Source: Torpedo marmorata
Taxonomy: Eukaryota
Length of the DNA stretch: 64,000 nt
Reading direction: 5' to 3'
NCBI GenBank assembly: GCA_977017645.1
Contig: OZ360247.1
Span: forward strand, 21,018,001 to 21,082,000
A program made the position numbers and the translations under genes. Shown one piece after another: positions 32,701 to 47,700 of this stretch. A model generated the notes under the pieces. It searched no databases and was not told where the DNA came from. It saw only the letters and a list, made by a program, of their open reading frames with translations. Position 1 is the stretch's first letter, and each line of letters opens with the position of its first letter.

Positions 32701-35700
32701 CAGTTGGACGAGGGGGACAGTTAGACAGTGGAGAACAGCAGCTGGATGGGGAACTGCAGCTGGACAAGGGGAACAGCTGGAGGGTAAGGGGAATAGCTTG
32801 ACAGGAGGAACGGTGGACAGGGGTCAGCAGCTGGACAGGGGAAAGCAGGTGGAGAGGGGGGGAACAGCAACTCAACAGGGGGAACAGCAGCTGGACAGGG
32901 GGAACAACTGGACAGGGGGAACAGCAGCTCAACAAGGGAACAGCAGCTGGACAGGGGTAACAACAGCTGGACAGGGGGAGCATCTGGTTAGGGCGAACAG
33001 CAGCTGGACAGGGGGAAACAGCTGGACAGGGGAAACAGATGCTGGACAGGGGGAACAGAAGCTGGACAGGGGGAACAGAAGCAGGACAGGGGGAACAACA
33101 GCTGGACAGGGGGAACAAATGGGTGGGGGAACATTTGGATAGAGAAACTGTTGGACAGGGGTGGACCAGCATGACAGGAGGGACAATGGGAAAAGGGGAC
33201 AGCAGCTGGACAGGAAGGAAAGCAGGAGAGGGCGAACCGCAGCGGGACAGGACGAACAGCTGGACAGGTAGAACAACAGCAGGACAGGGGAAACAACAAC
33301 TGGACAGCGGGAACAGCTGGACAGGGGGAACAGCTGGACAGGGGGAACAGCTGGACAGGGGGGAACAGCTGGACAGGGGGGACAGCTGGACAGGGGGAAC
33401 AACAGCTGGGCAGGGGAAACAACAACTGGACAGCGGGAACAGCTGGACAGGGGGAACAGCTGGACAGGTAGAACAACAGCTGGGCAGGGGAAACAACAAC
33501 TGGACAGCGGGAACAACTAGACAGGGGGAACAGCTGGACAGGGGGAACAACAGCTGGACAGCAGGAACAGCTGAACAGGGGGAATAACAACTGGACAGTG
33601 GGAACAGCTGGATAGGGGGAACAGCAGCTGTACAAGGGGAAACTGCTGTTGGACATGGGAGCAGCAGTTTGAATGGGCAACAGCAGGTGGACGTGGGTAA
33701 CAGCTGGGCAAGGGAAACAGCTGGGCAAGCGGATCAGCTGGACAAGATGGAACAGCTTGACAGGGGTACAGCTGGACAGGGGATGTACAGCTGGACAGGG
33801 GGAAAAGGTAGACGGGGATACAGCAGCTGGACCGGGGGGAAGCAGCTGGAAATGGGGGAAGATCAGTACAGGGGGGAACAGCTGGACAGAGGGGAATAGC
33901 AGTTGGACAGTGGGAAACAACATCTGGACAGGGGGAAACAACAGTTTGACAGGGGGAACAGATGGACAGGGGGAACAGGTGGATGGGGACAGCAGCTGGA
34001 CAACGGGGAAAGCAGCAGGAGAGGGGGGAAACAGCAGCTTGACAGGGGGGAAACAGCAGCTTGACAGGGGGGAACTGCAGCTGGACAGGGAGGGAACAGC
34101 AGCTGGACAGGGAGGGAACAGCAGCTGGACGGGGTGAATAACAACTGGACAGGGATAACAGAAACTGGACAGGGATAACAGCAGCTTGACGGGGGAACAG
34201 ATGGACAGGAGGGAACGGGTGATGGGGACAGCAGCTGGGCAGGGGGAAGCAGCAGGAGAGGAGGGAACAGCAGCTGGACAGGGGAACAGCTACACACCGG
34301 GAACAACAGCGGGAAAGGGAGGACCAGCAGCTTGACAGGGGGAAACAACTGGACTGGGGGAACAGCTGGACAGGGAAAAACAGCAGCTTGACAGGGGAAA
34401 CAGCTGGACAGGGACAGCAGCTGGATAGGAAGGAAAGCAGCAGGAGAGGGCGAACCGCAGCTGGACAGGGCGAACAGCTAGACAGGGTGAACAGCTGGAC
34501 AGGTAGAACAACAGCTGGACATGGGGAACAACAACTGGACAGTGGTAACAGCTGGCAGGGGGAACAGCATCTAAACAAGGGGAAACCGCGGTTGGAAAAG
34601 GAAACAGCAGTTGGAATGGGCAACAGCAGTTGGACAGGGGGGAACAGCAGGTGGACAGGGGGGAAACGGCCGACAGGGGATGTACAGCTGGACAGAGGGA
34701 ACAGGTAGACGGGGATACAGCAGCTGGACCGGGGGGAAGCAGCTGGAAAGGAGGGAAGATCAGGACAGTGGGGAACAGGTGGACATGGGGGGGGAAAAAG
34801 CTGGACAAGGGGGAACAGCTTGACAGGGGTACAGATGAACAGGGGATGTACAACTGGACAGGGGGGAAAGGTAGACGGGGATACAGCAGCTGGACCGGGG
34901 GAAGCAGCTGGAAAGGGGGGTGAAGGTCAGTACAGGGGGAACAGCTGGATATGGGGGAAAAGCTGGACAGGGGAAATAGCTGGATGGGGGAAGAGAAGCT
35001 GGACAGAGGGGAACAGCAGTTGGACAGTGGGAAACAACATCTGGATAAGGGGAAACAGTAGTTTGACAGGGGAAACAGATGGACAGGGGGGAACAGGAGT
35101 ACGGAGGACGGCAGCTGGACAAGGGGGAAAGCAGCAGGAAACGGGAGAACAGCAGCTGGACAGGGGAACAGCTACATAGGGGGAACAACAGTGGGACAGG
35201 TGGAACAACAGCAGGACAGGGGGGACCAGCAGCTTGAAAGGGGAACCACCTGGACTGGGGGAAGCAGCTCGACAGGGGAAACATCTGGACAGGGGAACAG
35301 AAGCTGGACACGGGCAACAGCAGCTGTACAGGGGGGAACAAAAGGGCAGGGGGAACATCTGGACAGGGGACAACTGGGCGGGGGAACAGCAGCTGGAAGG
35401 GAGGGAACAGCAGCTGGAAGGGAGGGAACAGCAGCTGGACAAGGGGCACAGCAGGACAGGTGGAACAACTGGAGTGGGAGGGGGAACAGCTTGACGGGGA
35501 AAACATCAGATGGACAGGGGAACAGCTGGAGAGGGTGGAGCAGCTGAACTGGAGAAACAGCAGCAAGACAGGGGGAGCAGCAGATCGACAGGGAGAACAG
35601 CTGGACAGGAGGAAAAGCCGTACAGGGGGAATAGAATCTGTAAAGGGGGAACAAACCTGGACAGGGGGAACAAATTGGCTGGGGACATCTGGATGGGGAA

Positions 35701-38700
35701 ACATCTGGACGCAGGAACAGCTGGACGGGGAACAGCTGGAAAAGGGAGACCGTGGAAAAGGGGAACAGCAGCTGGATGGGGAACAACAACTGGACGGGGA
35801 ACTGCAGCTGGACAGGGGGGACATAAGCTGGACAGGGGCAACAGCAGCTGTACAAGGGGGAACATGTGGACAGGGTGAACAGCAGCTGCACAGGGGGAAC
35901 AGCAGCTGAACATGGGGGTAAGCAGCAGGAGGGGGCGAACCGCAGCTGGACAGGGGGAACAGCTGGACAGGTAGAACAACAGCTGGACAGGGGGAACAAC
36001 AACTGGACAGTGTGAAGAGCTGGACAGGGGGAACAACAGCTGGACAGTGGGAACAGCTGGACAGGGGAAACAACAACTGGACAGCAGGAACAGCTGGACA
36101 GGGGGAACAGCTGGACAGGGGGAACAACAGCTGGTCAGGGGAATAACAACTGGATAGTGGGAACTGCTGGATAGGGGGAACAGCAGCTGTCCAAGGGGAA
36201 ACCGCTGTTGGACAAGGGAGCAGCAATTTGAATGGGCAACAGCAGCTGGACAGGGGGAAACAGAAGGTGGACAGGGGGGAATAGCTGGGCAAGCGGAACA
36301 GCTAGACAAGGGGGAACATCTGGACAATATGGAACAGCTTGACAGGGGTACATTTGGACAGGGGATGTACAGCTGGACAGGGGGAACAGGTAGACGGGGA
36401 TACAGCAGCTGGACCGGGGGTAACAGCTTGAAATGGGGGAAGATCAGTACAGAGGGGAACAGCTGGACATGGGGGGAAAGCTGGACAAGGGGAAATAGCT
36501 GGACGGAGAACAGAAGCTGGACAGAGGGGAACAGCAGTTGGTCAGTGGGAAACAACATCAGGACAGGGGGAAACAACAGTTTGACGGGGGAACAGATGGA
36601 CAGGGGGGAAACAGCAACTTGACAGGGGGGAACTACAGCTGGACATGGGGACAGCAGCTGGACAGGGATAACAGCAGCTGGACAGGGAGGCAACAGTAGC
36701 TGGACGGGGTGAATAGCAACTGGACAGGGATAACAGCAGCTTGACAGGGGGAACAGATGGACAGGAGGGAACGGGTGGACAGGGACAGCAGCTGGGCAGG
36801 GGGAAAGCAGCAGGACATGGGGGACCAGCAGCTTGACAGGGGGAAACAACTGGACTGGGGGAACAGCTGGACAGGGGAAAACAGCAGCTTGACACGGGAA
36901 ACAGCTGGACAGCGATAGCAGCTGGATAGGAAGGAAAGCAGCAGGAGAGGGTGAACCGCAGCTGGACAGGGCGAACAGCTAGACAGGTTGAAGAGCTGGA
37001 CAGGTAGAACAACAGCTGGACATGGGGAACAGCAACTGGACAGTGGGAACAGCTGGACAGGGGGAACAGCAGCTGATCAAGGGGAAACCGCTGTTGGACA
37101 AGGGAACAGCAGGTGGAATGGGCAACAGCAGCTGGACAGGGGGAACAGGTAGACGGGGATACAGCAGCTGGACCGGGGGGAAGCAGCTGGAAAGGGGGGG
37201 GGGAAGGTCAGGACAGGGGGAACAGCTGGACATGGGGGGAAAAGCTGGACAGGGGAAATAGCTGGACGGGGGAAAGAAGCTGGATAGAGGGGAACAGCAG
37301 TTGGACAGTGGGAAACAACATCTGGACAAGGGGAAACAGCAGTTTGACCGGGGGAAAAGATGGACAGGGAGGAACAGGTGGACGGAGGACAGCAGCTGGA
37401 CAAAGGGGAAAGCACCAGGAGAGGGGGGAACAGCAGCTGGACAGGGAGGAAACAACAGCTTGACAGGGGGAAATGCAGCTGGACATGGGGACAGGAGCTG
37501 GACGGGGACAGCAGCAGGAGAGGGCGAACCGCAGCTGGACAGGGCGAACAGCTGGACAGGGGAACAGCTGGACAGGGGAAACAACAACTGGACAGCGGGA
37601 ACAGCTGGACAGGTGGAACAGCAGCTGAACAAGGGGAAACCGCGGTTGGCCAAGGGAACAGCAGTTGGAATGGGCAACAGCAGCTGGACGGGGGAACAGA
37701 AGCTGGACAGAGGGGAACAGTAGTTGGACAGTAGGAAACAACATCTGGACAGGGGTATACAGCAGTCTGACAGGGGGAACAGGTGTACGGAGGACAGCAG
37801 CTGGACAAGGGGGAAATCAGCAGGAGAGGGGAGAACATCAGCTGGACAGGGGAACAGCTACATAGGGGGAACAACAGCAGGGCAGGGGGGACCAGCAGCT
37901 TGACAGGGGGAAACAACTGGACTGGGGGAAGCAGCTGGACAGGGGAAACATAATCTGGACAGGGGAACAGCTGGAGAGGGTGGAGCAGCTGGACTGGAGA
38001 AACAGCAGCAAGACAGGGGGAAGCAGCAGATGGACAGGGAGAACAGCTGGACGGGGGAAAAGCTGGACGGGGAAGAGAATCTGTACAGGGGGAACAAAGC
38101 TGGACAGGAGGAACAAATTGGATGGGGACATCTGGATGGGGAAACATCTGGACACAGGAACAGCTGGACGGGGAACAGCTGGAAAAGGGAGACCGTGGAC
38201 GAGGGAAACAGTTGGACAGGGGGGAACAGCAGCTGGACGGGGAACTGCAGCTGGACAGGGGGAACATAAGCTGGACAGGGTCAACACCAGCTGTACAAGG
38301 GGGAACATGTGGACAGGGGGAACAGCAGCTGGACAGGGGGAACAGCAGCTGAACATGGGGGTAAGCAGCAGGAGGGTGCGAACCGCAGCTGGACAGGGGG
38401 AACAGCTGGACAGATAGAACAACAGCTGAGGGAACAGCAGCTGGACAGGGAGAAACAACAGCTGGACAGGGGGAACAACTGGACAGTGGGAACAGCTGGA
38501 TATGGGGAACAGCAGCTAAACAAGGGGAAACTGTGGTTGGACAAGGGAACAACAGTTGGAATGGGCAACAGCAGCTGGACAGGGGGAAACAGCAGGTGGG
38601 CTGGGGTAACAGCTGGAGAAGATGGAACAGCTTGACAGGGGTACAGCTGGACAGGGGATGTACAGCTGGACAGGGGGAACAGGTAAATGGGAATACAGCA

Positions 38701-41700
38701 GCTGGACCGGGGAGAAGCAGCTGGAAAGGGGAGAAGATCAGGACAGTGGGGAACAGGTGGACATGGGGGAAAAGCTAGAAGGGGAAATAGCTGGACGGGG
38801 GAAGAGAAGCTGAACAGAGGGGAACAGCAGTTGGACAGAGGGAAACAACATCTGGATAGGGGGAAACAGCAGTTTGACAGGGGAACAGATGGACAGGGGG
38901 GAACAGGTGGACGGAGGACAGCAGCTGGACAAGGGGGAAAGCAGCAGAAGAGGGGGGATCAGCAGCTGGACAGGGAGGAAACAGCAGCTTGTCAGGGGGG
39001 AACTTCAGCTGGACATGGGGAAAGCAGCTGGACAGCGAGGGAACAGCAGCTGGACAGGGATAACAGCAGCTTGACAGGGTGAACAGATTGTCAGGAGGGA
39101 ACGGGTGGACGGGGGCAGCAGCTGGGCAGGGGAAAGCAGCAGAAGGGGGGAACAGCAGCTGGACAGGGGAATCAGCAGGACAGGTGGAACAGATGGATGG
39201 GGACAGCAGCTGGACAGGGGGAAAGCAGCTGGAGATGGCGAACTGCAGCTGGACAGGGGGAACAGCTGGAAAGGGGGAACAGCTGGACAGGTAGAACAAC
39301 AGCTGGACGGGGAACAACAACTGGACAGTGGTAACAGCAAGATAGTGGGAACAGCTAGACAGGGGAACAGCTGGACAGGGGGAACAGCTGGACAGGTAGA
39401 ACAACAGCTGGATAGGGGAAACAACAACTGGACATCGGGAACAGCTAGACAGTGGGAACAGCTAGACAGGGGAACAGCTGGACAGGGGGAACAACTGGAC
39501 AGCGGGAACAAGTGGACAGCGGGAACAGCTGGACAGTGGGAACAGCTGGACAGGTAGAACAACAGCTGGTCAGGGGAATAACAACTGGACAGTGGGAACT
39601 GCTGGATAGGGGGAACAGCAGCTGTACAAGGGGAAACCGATGTTGGACAAGGGAGCAGCAATTTGAATGGGCAACAGCAGCTGGACAGGGGAAAACAGAA
39701 GGTGGACAGGGGGGAACAGTGGGCAAGCGGAACAGCTAGACAAGGGGGAACATCTGGACAAGATGGAACAGCTTGACAGGGGTACATTTGGACAGGGGAT
39801 GTACAGCTGGAAAGGGGGAATAGGTAGACGTGGATACAGCAGCTGGACCGGGGGGAAGCAGCTGGAAATGGGGGAAGATCAGTACAGAGGGGAGCAGCTG
39901 GACATGGGGGGGGAAAGCTGGAGAGGGGAAATAGCTGGACGGGGGAACAGAAGCTGGACAGAGGGGAACAGCAATTGGACAGTGGGAAACAACATCAGGA
40001 CAGGGGGAAACAACAGTTTGACAGGGGGAACAGATGGACGGGGGAAACAGCAAATTGACAGGGGGGAACTGCAGCTGGACATGGGGACAGCAGCTGGACA
40101 GGGATAACAGCAGCTGGACAGGGAGGCAACAGTAGCTGGATGGGGTGAATAGCAACTGGACAGGGATAACAGCAGCTGGGCAGGGATAACAGCAGCTTGA
40201 CAGGGGGAACAGATGGACAGGAGGGAACGGGTGGACAGGGACAGCAGCTGGGCAGGGGGAAAGCAGCAGGACATGGGGGACCAGCAGCTTGACAGGGGGA
40301 AACAACTGGACTGGGGGAACAGCTGGACAGGGGAAAACAGCAGCTTGACACGGGAAACAGCTGGACAGGGATAGCAGCTGGATAGGAAGGAAAGCAGCAG
40401 GAGAGGGCAAACCGCAGCTGGACAGGGAGAAAAGCTAGACAGGGTGAAGAGCTGGACAGGTAGAACAATAGCTGGACATGGGGAACAGCAACTGGACAGT
40501 GGGAACAGCTGGACAGGGGGAACAGCAGCTGATCAAGGGGAAACCGCGGTTGGACAAGGGAACAGCAGGTGGAATGGGCAACAGCAGCTGGACAGGGGGA
40601 ACAGGTAGACGGGGATACAGCAGCTGGACCGGGGGGAAGCAGCTGGAAAGGGGGGGGGAAGGTCAGGACAGGGGGGAACAGTTGGACATGGGGGGAAAAG
40701 CTGGACAGGGGAAATAGCTGGACGGGGGAACAGAAGCTGGATAGAGGGGAACAGCAGTTGGACAGTGGGAAACAACATCTGGACAAGGGGAAACAGCAGT
40801 TTGACCGGGGGAAAAGATGGACAGGGAGGAACAGGTGGACGGAGGACAGCAGCTGGACAAAGGGGAAAGCACCAGGAGAGGGGGGGAACAGCAGCTGGAC
40901 AGGGAGGAAACAACAGCTTGACAGGGGGAAATGCAGCTGGACATGGGGACAGGAGCTGGACAGGGGGGTAAGCAGCAGGAGGAGGCGAACCGCAGCTGGA
41001 CAGGGCGAACAGCTAGACAGGGGAACAGCTGGACAGGGGAAACAACAACTGGACAGCGGGAACAGCTGGACAGGTGGAACAGCAGCTGAACAAGGGGAAA
41101 CCGCGGTTGGCCAAGGGAACAGCAGTTGGAATGGGCAACAGCAGCTGGACGGGGGAACAGAAGCTGGACAGAGGGGAACAGTAGTTGGACAGTGTGAAAC
41201 AACATCTGGACAGGGGTATACAGCAGTCTGACAGGGGGAACAGGTGTACGGAGGACAGCAGCTGGACAAGGGGGAAATCAGCAGGAGAGGGGAGAACATC
41301 AGCTGGACAGGGGAACAGCTACATAGGGGGAACAACAGCAGGGCAGGGGGGACCAGCAGCTTGACAGGGGGAAACAACTGGACTGGGGGAAGCAGCTGGA
41401 CAGGGGAAAATAAGCTGGACAGGGGCAACAGCAGCTGTACAAGGGGAACAAAAGGGCAGGTGGAACATCTGGACAGGGGACAACTGGACGGGGGAACAGC
41501 AGCTGGAAGGGAGGGAACAGCAGCTGGAAGGGAGGGAACAGCAGCTGGACAGGGGGTACAGCAGGACAGGTGGAACAACTGGAGTGGGAGGGGAACAGCT
41601 TGACGGGGAAAAAATCAGCTGGACAGGGGAACAGCTGGAGAGGGTGGAGCAGCTGGACTGGAGAAACAGCAGCTAGACGGGGAAGCAGCAGATGGACAGG

Positions 41701-44700
41701 GAGAACAGCTGGACGGGGGAAAAGCTGGACAGGGGGAACAACTGGACAGGTAGAACAACAGCTGGTCAGGGGAAACAACAACTGGACAGCGGGAACAGCT
41801 GGACAGGGGGAACAGCAGCTGAACAAGGGGAAACCGCGGTTGGCCAAGGGAACAGCAGTTGGAATGGGCAACAGCAGCTGGATGGGGGAACAGAAGCTGG
41901 ACAGAGGGGAACAGTAGTTGGACAGTGGGAAACAACATCTGGACAGGGGTATACAGCAGTCTGACAGGGGGAACAGGTGTACGGAGGACAGCAGCTGGAC
42001 AAGGGGGAAATCAGCAGGAGAGGGGAGAACATCAGCTGGACAGGGGAACAGCTACATAGGGGGAACAACAGCAGGGCAGGGGAGACCAGCAGCTTGACAG
42101 GGGGAAACAACTGGACTGGGGGAAGCAGCTGGACAGGGGAAACATAAGCTGGACAGGGGAAAAGAAGCTGGACAGTGGCAACAGCAGCTGTACAAGGGGA
42201 ACAAAAGGGCAGGTGGAACATCTGGACAGGGGACAACTGGACGGGGGGGAACAGCAGCTGGAAGGGAGGGAACAGCAGCTGGAAGGGAGGGAACAGCAGC
42301 TGGTCAGGGGGTACAGCAGGACAGGTGGAACAACTGGAGTGGGAGGGGAACAGCTTGACGGGGAAAAAATCAGCTGGACAGGGGAACAGCTGGAGAGGGT
42401 GGAGCAGCTGGACTGGAGAAACAGCAGCTAGACAGGGGGAAGCAGCAGATGGACAGGGAGAACAGCTGGACGGGGGAAAAGCTGGACAGGGGAAGAGAGT
42501 CTGTACAGGGGGAACAAAGCTGGACAGGAGGAACAAATTGGATGGGGACATCTGGATGGGGAAACATCTGGACACAGGAACAGCTGGACAGGGAACAGCT
42601 GGAAAAGGGAGACCGTGGACGAGGGAAACAGTTGGACAGGGGGGAACCGCAGCTGGACGGGGAACTGCAGCTGGACAGGGGGAACATAAGCTGCACAGGG
42701 TCAACATCAGCTGTACAAGGGGGAACATGTGGACAGGGGGAACAGCAGCTGAACATGGGGGTAAGCCGCAGGAGGGGGCGAACCACAGCTGGATAGGGGG
42801 AACAGCTAGACAGGAGGAACAGCTGGACAACAGCTGAGGGAACAGCAGCTGTACAGGGAGAAACAACAGCTGGACAGGGGGAACAACAACTGGACAGTGG
42901 GAACAGCTGGACAGGGGGAACAGCAGCTAAACAAGGGGAAACCGCGGTTGGACAAGGGAACAGCAGTTGGAATGGGCAAAAGCAGCTGGACAGCGGGAAA
43001 CAGCAGGTGGGAAGGGGGAACAGCTGGAGAAGATGGAACAGCTTGACAGGGGTACAGCTGGACAGGGGATGTACAGCTGGACAGGGGGAGCAGGTAAATG
43101 GGAATACAGCAGCTGGACCGGGGAGAAGCAGCTGGAAAGGGGAGAAGATCAGGACAGTGGGGAACAGGTGGACATGGGGGAAAAGCTCGACAGGGGAAAT
43201 AGCTGGACGGGGGAAGAGAAGCTGAACAGAGGGGAACAGCAGTTGGACAGAGGGAAACAACATCTGGATAGGGGGAAACAGCAGTTTGACAGGGGAACAG
43301 ATGGACAGGGGGGAAACAGGTGGACGGAGGACAGCAGCTGGACAAGGGGGAAAGCAGCAGGAGAGGGGGGATCAGCAGCTGGACAGGGAGGAAACAGCAG
43401 CTGGACAGGGATAACAGCAGTTGGACAGTGGGAAACAACATCTGGACAAGGGGAAACAGCAGTTTGACCGGGGGAAAAGATGGACAGGGAGGAACAGGTG
43501 GACGGAGGACAGCAGCTGGACAAAGGGGAAAGCACCAGGAGTGGGGGGAACAGCAGCTGGACAGGGAGGAAACAACAGCTTGACAGGGGGAAATGCAGCT
43601 GGACATGGGGACAGGAGCTGGACAGGGGGGTATGCAGCAGGAGAAGGTGAACCGCAGCTGGACAGGGGAACAGCTGGACAGGGGAAACAACAACTGGACA
43701 GCGGGAACAGCTGGACAGGTGGAACAGCAGCTGAACAAGGGGAAACCGCGGTTGGCCAAGGGAACAGCAGTTGGAATGGGCAACAGCAGCTGGACGGGGG
43801 AACAGAAGCTGGACAGAGGGGAACAGTAGTTGGACAGTGGGAAACAACATCTGGACAGGGGTATACAGCAGTCTGACAGGGGGAACAGGTGTACGGAGGA
43901 CAGCAGCTGGACAAGGGGGAAATCAGCAGGAGAGGGGAGAATATCAGCTGGACAGGGGAATAGCTACATAGGGGGAACAACAGCAGGGCAGGGGGGACCA
44001 GCAGCTTGACAGGGGGAAACAACTGGACTGGGGGAAGCAGCTGGACAGGGGAAACATAAGCTGGACAGGGGCAACAGCAGCTGTACAAGGGGAACAAAAG
44101 GGCAGGTGGAACATCTGGACAGGGGACAACTGGACGGGGGAACAGCAGCTGGAAGGGAGGGAACAGCAGCTGGACAGGGGGTACAGCAGGACAGGTGGAA
44201 CAACTGGAGTGGGAGGGGAACAGCTTGTCGAGGAAAAAATCAGCTGGACAGGGGAACAGCTGGAGAGGGTGGAGCAGCTGGACTGGAGAAACAGCAGCTA
44301 GACGGGGAAGCAGCAGATGGACAGGGAGAACAGCTGGACGGGGGAAAAGCTGGACAGGGGGAACAACTGGACAGGTAGAACAACAGCTGGTCAGGGGAAA
44401 CAACAACTGGACAGCGGGAACAGCTGGACAGGGGGAACAGCAGCTGAACAAGGGGAAACCGCGGTTGGCCAAGGGAACAGCAGTTGGAATGGGCAACAGC
44501 AGCTGGACGGGGGAACAGAAGCTGGACAGAGGGGAACAGTAGTTGGACAGTGGGAAACAACATCTGGACAGGGGTATACAGCAGTCTGACAGGGGGAACA
44601 GGTGTACGGAGGACAGCAGCTGGACAAGGGGGAAATCAGCAGGAGAGGGGAGAACATCAGCTGGACATGGGAACAGCTACATAGGGGGAACAACAGCAGG

Positions 44701-47700
44701 GCAGGGGGGACCAGCAGCTTGACAGGGGGAAACAACTGGACTGGGGGAAGCAGCTGGACAGGGGAAACATAAGCTGGTCAGGGGAAAAGAAGCTGGACAG
44801 TGGCAACAGCAGCTGTACAAGGGGAACAAAAGGGCAGGTGGAACATCTGGACAGGGGACAACTGGACGGGGGAACAGCAGCTGGAAGGGAGGGAACAGCA
44901 GCTGGAAGGGAGGGAACAGCAGCTGGTCAGGGGGTACAGCAGGACAGGTGGAACAACTGGAGTGGGAGGGGAACAGCTTGACGGGGAAAAAATCAGCTGG
45001 ACTGGGGAACAGCTGGAGAGGGTGGAGCAGCTGGACTGGAGAAACAGCAGCTAGACAGGGGGAAGCAGCAGATGGACAGGGAGAACAGCTGGACGGGGGA
45101 AAAGCTGGACAGGGGAAGAGAGTCTGTACAGGGGGAACAAAGCTGGACAGGAGGAACAAATTGGATGGGGACATCTGGATGGGGAAACATCTGGACACAG
45201 GAACAGCTGGACAGGGAACAGCTGGAAAAGGGAGACCGTGGACGAGGGAAACAGTTGGACAGGGGGGAACAGCAGCTGGACGGGGAACTGCAGCTGGACA
45301 GGGGGAACATAAGCTGCACAGGGTCAACATCAGCTGTACAAGGGGGAACATGTGGACAGGGGGAACAGCAGCTGAACATGGGGGTAAGCAGAAGGAGGGG
45401 GCGAACCGCAGCTGGATAGGGGGAACAGCTAGACAGGAGGAACAGCTGGACAGGTAGAACAACAGCTGAGGGAACAGCAGCTGGACAGGGAGAAACAACA
45501 GCTGGACACGGGGAACAACAACTGGACAGTGGGAACAGCTGGACAGGGGGAACAGCAGCTAAACAAGGGGAAACCGCGGTTGGACAAGGAAACAGCAGTT
45601 GGAATGGGAAAAAGCAGCTGGACAGCGGGAAACAGCAGGTGGGCAGGGGGAACAGCTGGAGAAGATGGAACAGCTTGACAGGGGTACAGCTGGACAGGGG
45701 ATGTACAGCTGGACAGGGGGAGCAGGTAAATGGGAATACAGCAGCTGGACCGGGGAGAAGCAGCTGGAAAGGGGAGAAGATCAGGACAGTGGGGAACAGG
45801 TGGACATGGGGGAAAAGCTCGACAGGGGAAATAGCTGGACGGGGGAAGAGAAGCTGAACAGAGGGGAACAGCAGTTGGACAGAGGGAAACAACATCTGGA
45901 TATGGACAGGGGGGAAACAGGTGGACGGAGGACAGCAGCTGGTCAAGGGGTAAAGCAGCAGGAGAGGGGGGATCAGCAGCTGGACAGGGAGGAAACAGCA
46001 GCTTGTCAGGGGGGAACTTCAGCTGGACAGCGAGGGAACAGCAGCTGGGCAGCGAGGGAACAGCAGCTGGACGGGGAGAACAGCAGCTGGACGGGGAGAA
46101 CAGCAGCTTGACAGGGTGAACAGATTGTCAGGAGGGAACGGGTGGACGGGGGGCAGCAGCTGGGCAGGGGAAAGCAGCAGAAGGGGGGGAACAGCAGCTG
46201 GACAGGGGAATCAGCAGGACAGGTGGAACAAATGGATGAGGACAGCAGCTGGACAGGAGGAAAGCATCTGGAGATGGCGAACCGCAGCTGGACAAGGGGA
46301 ACAGCTGGAAAGGAGGAACAGCTGGATGGGTAGAACAACAGCTGGACAGGGGGAACAGCTGGACAGGGGGAACAGCAGCTGAACAAGGGGAAACCGCTGT
46401 TGGACAAGGGAACAGTAGTTGGAATGGGCAACAGCAGCTGGACAGGGGGAAACAGCAGGTGGACAGGTGGGAACAGCTGGGCAAAGGGTACAGCTGGGCA
46501 AAGGGGAACAGCTGGACAAGATGGAACAGCTTGACAGGGGTACAGCTGGACAGGGGGTACAGCTGGACAGGGGATGTACAGCTGCACGGGGGTAAACGTA
46601 GACGAGAATACAGCAGCTGGATCGGGGAAGCAGCTGAAAAGGGGAGAATATCAGGACAGGGGGAACAGCTGTACATGGGAGAACAGCAGCTTGACAGGGG
46701 AAACAGCTGGACAGGGGGAACAGCTAGACAGGGGCAACAACAACTGGACAGTGGGAACAGCTGGACAGGAGGAACAGCAGCTGTACAAGGGGAAACCGCC
46801 ATAGGACAAGGGAACAGCAGTTGGAATGGGCAACAGCAGCTGGACAGGGCGAAACAGCAGGTGGGCGGGGGGAACAGCTGGAGAAGATGGAACAGCTTGA
46901 CAGGGGTTCAGCTGGACAGGGTGTACAGCAGAACAGGGGATGTGCAGCTGGACAGGGGGAACAGGTAGACGGGGATACAGCAGCTGGATCGGGGGAAGCA
47001 GCTAGAAAGATAGGTAGATGAGGACATGGGGGTAATGCTGGACAGGGGAAATAGCTGGACGGGGAACAGAAGCTGGACAGAGGGGAACAGCAGCTGGACA
47101 GTGGGATACAACATCAGGACAAGGGGAAACAACAGTTTCACAGGGGAACAGATGGACAGGAGGGAAACAGGTGGACGGGGGACAGCAGCTGGACAAGGGG
47201 GAAAGCAGCAGGAGAGGGGGGAACAGCAGCTGGAGAGGGAGGAAACAGCAGATTGACAGGGGGAACTGTAGCTGGACATTGGGACAGCAGCTGGACGGGG
47301 GAACAGCAGCTGGACAGGGATAACAACAGTTTGACGGGGGAACAGGTAGACAGGAGGGAACAGGTGGACGGGGGACAACAGCTGGACAGGGGGAACAACA
47401 GCAGGACATGGGGGGACCAGCAGCTTGACAGGGGGAAACAACTGGACCGGGAGAACAGCTGGACAGGGGAGAACAGCAGCTTGACAGGGAAAACATCTGG
47501 ACAGGGGAACAGCTGGACGTGGTCAGCAGCTGGACGGGGGAACAGCAGGACTGGGGGAACAGCAGCTGGACGGGGAAGAGCTGGACAGGGGAGCATCTGG
47601 ATAGGGGGAACTGCAGCTGGACGGGGAAACAGCTGGACGGGGGAAACATAAGCTGGACAGGGGGAATAGAAGCAGGACAGGGGCAACAGCACCTGGACAG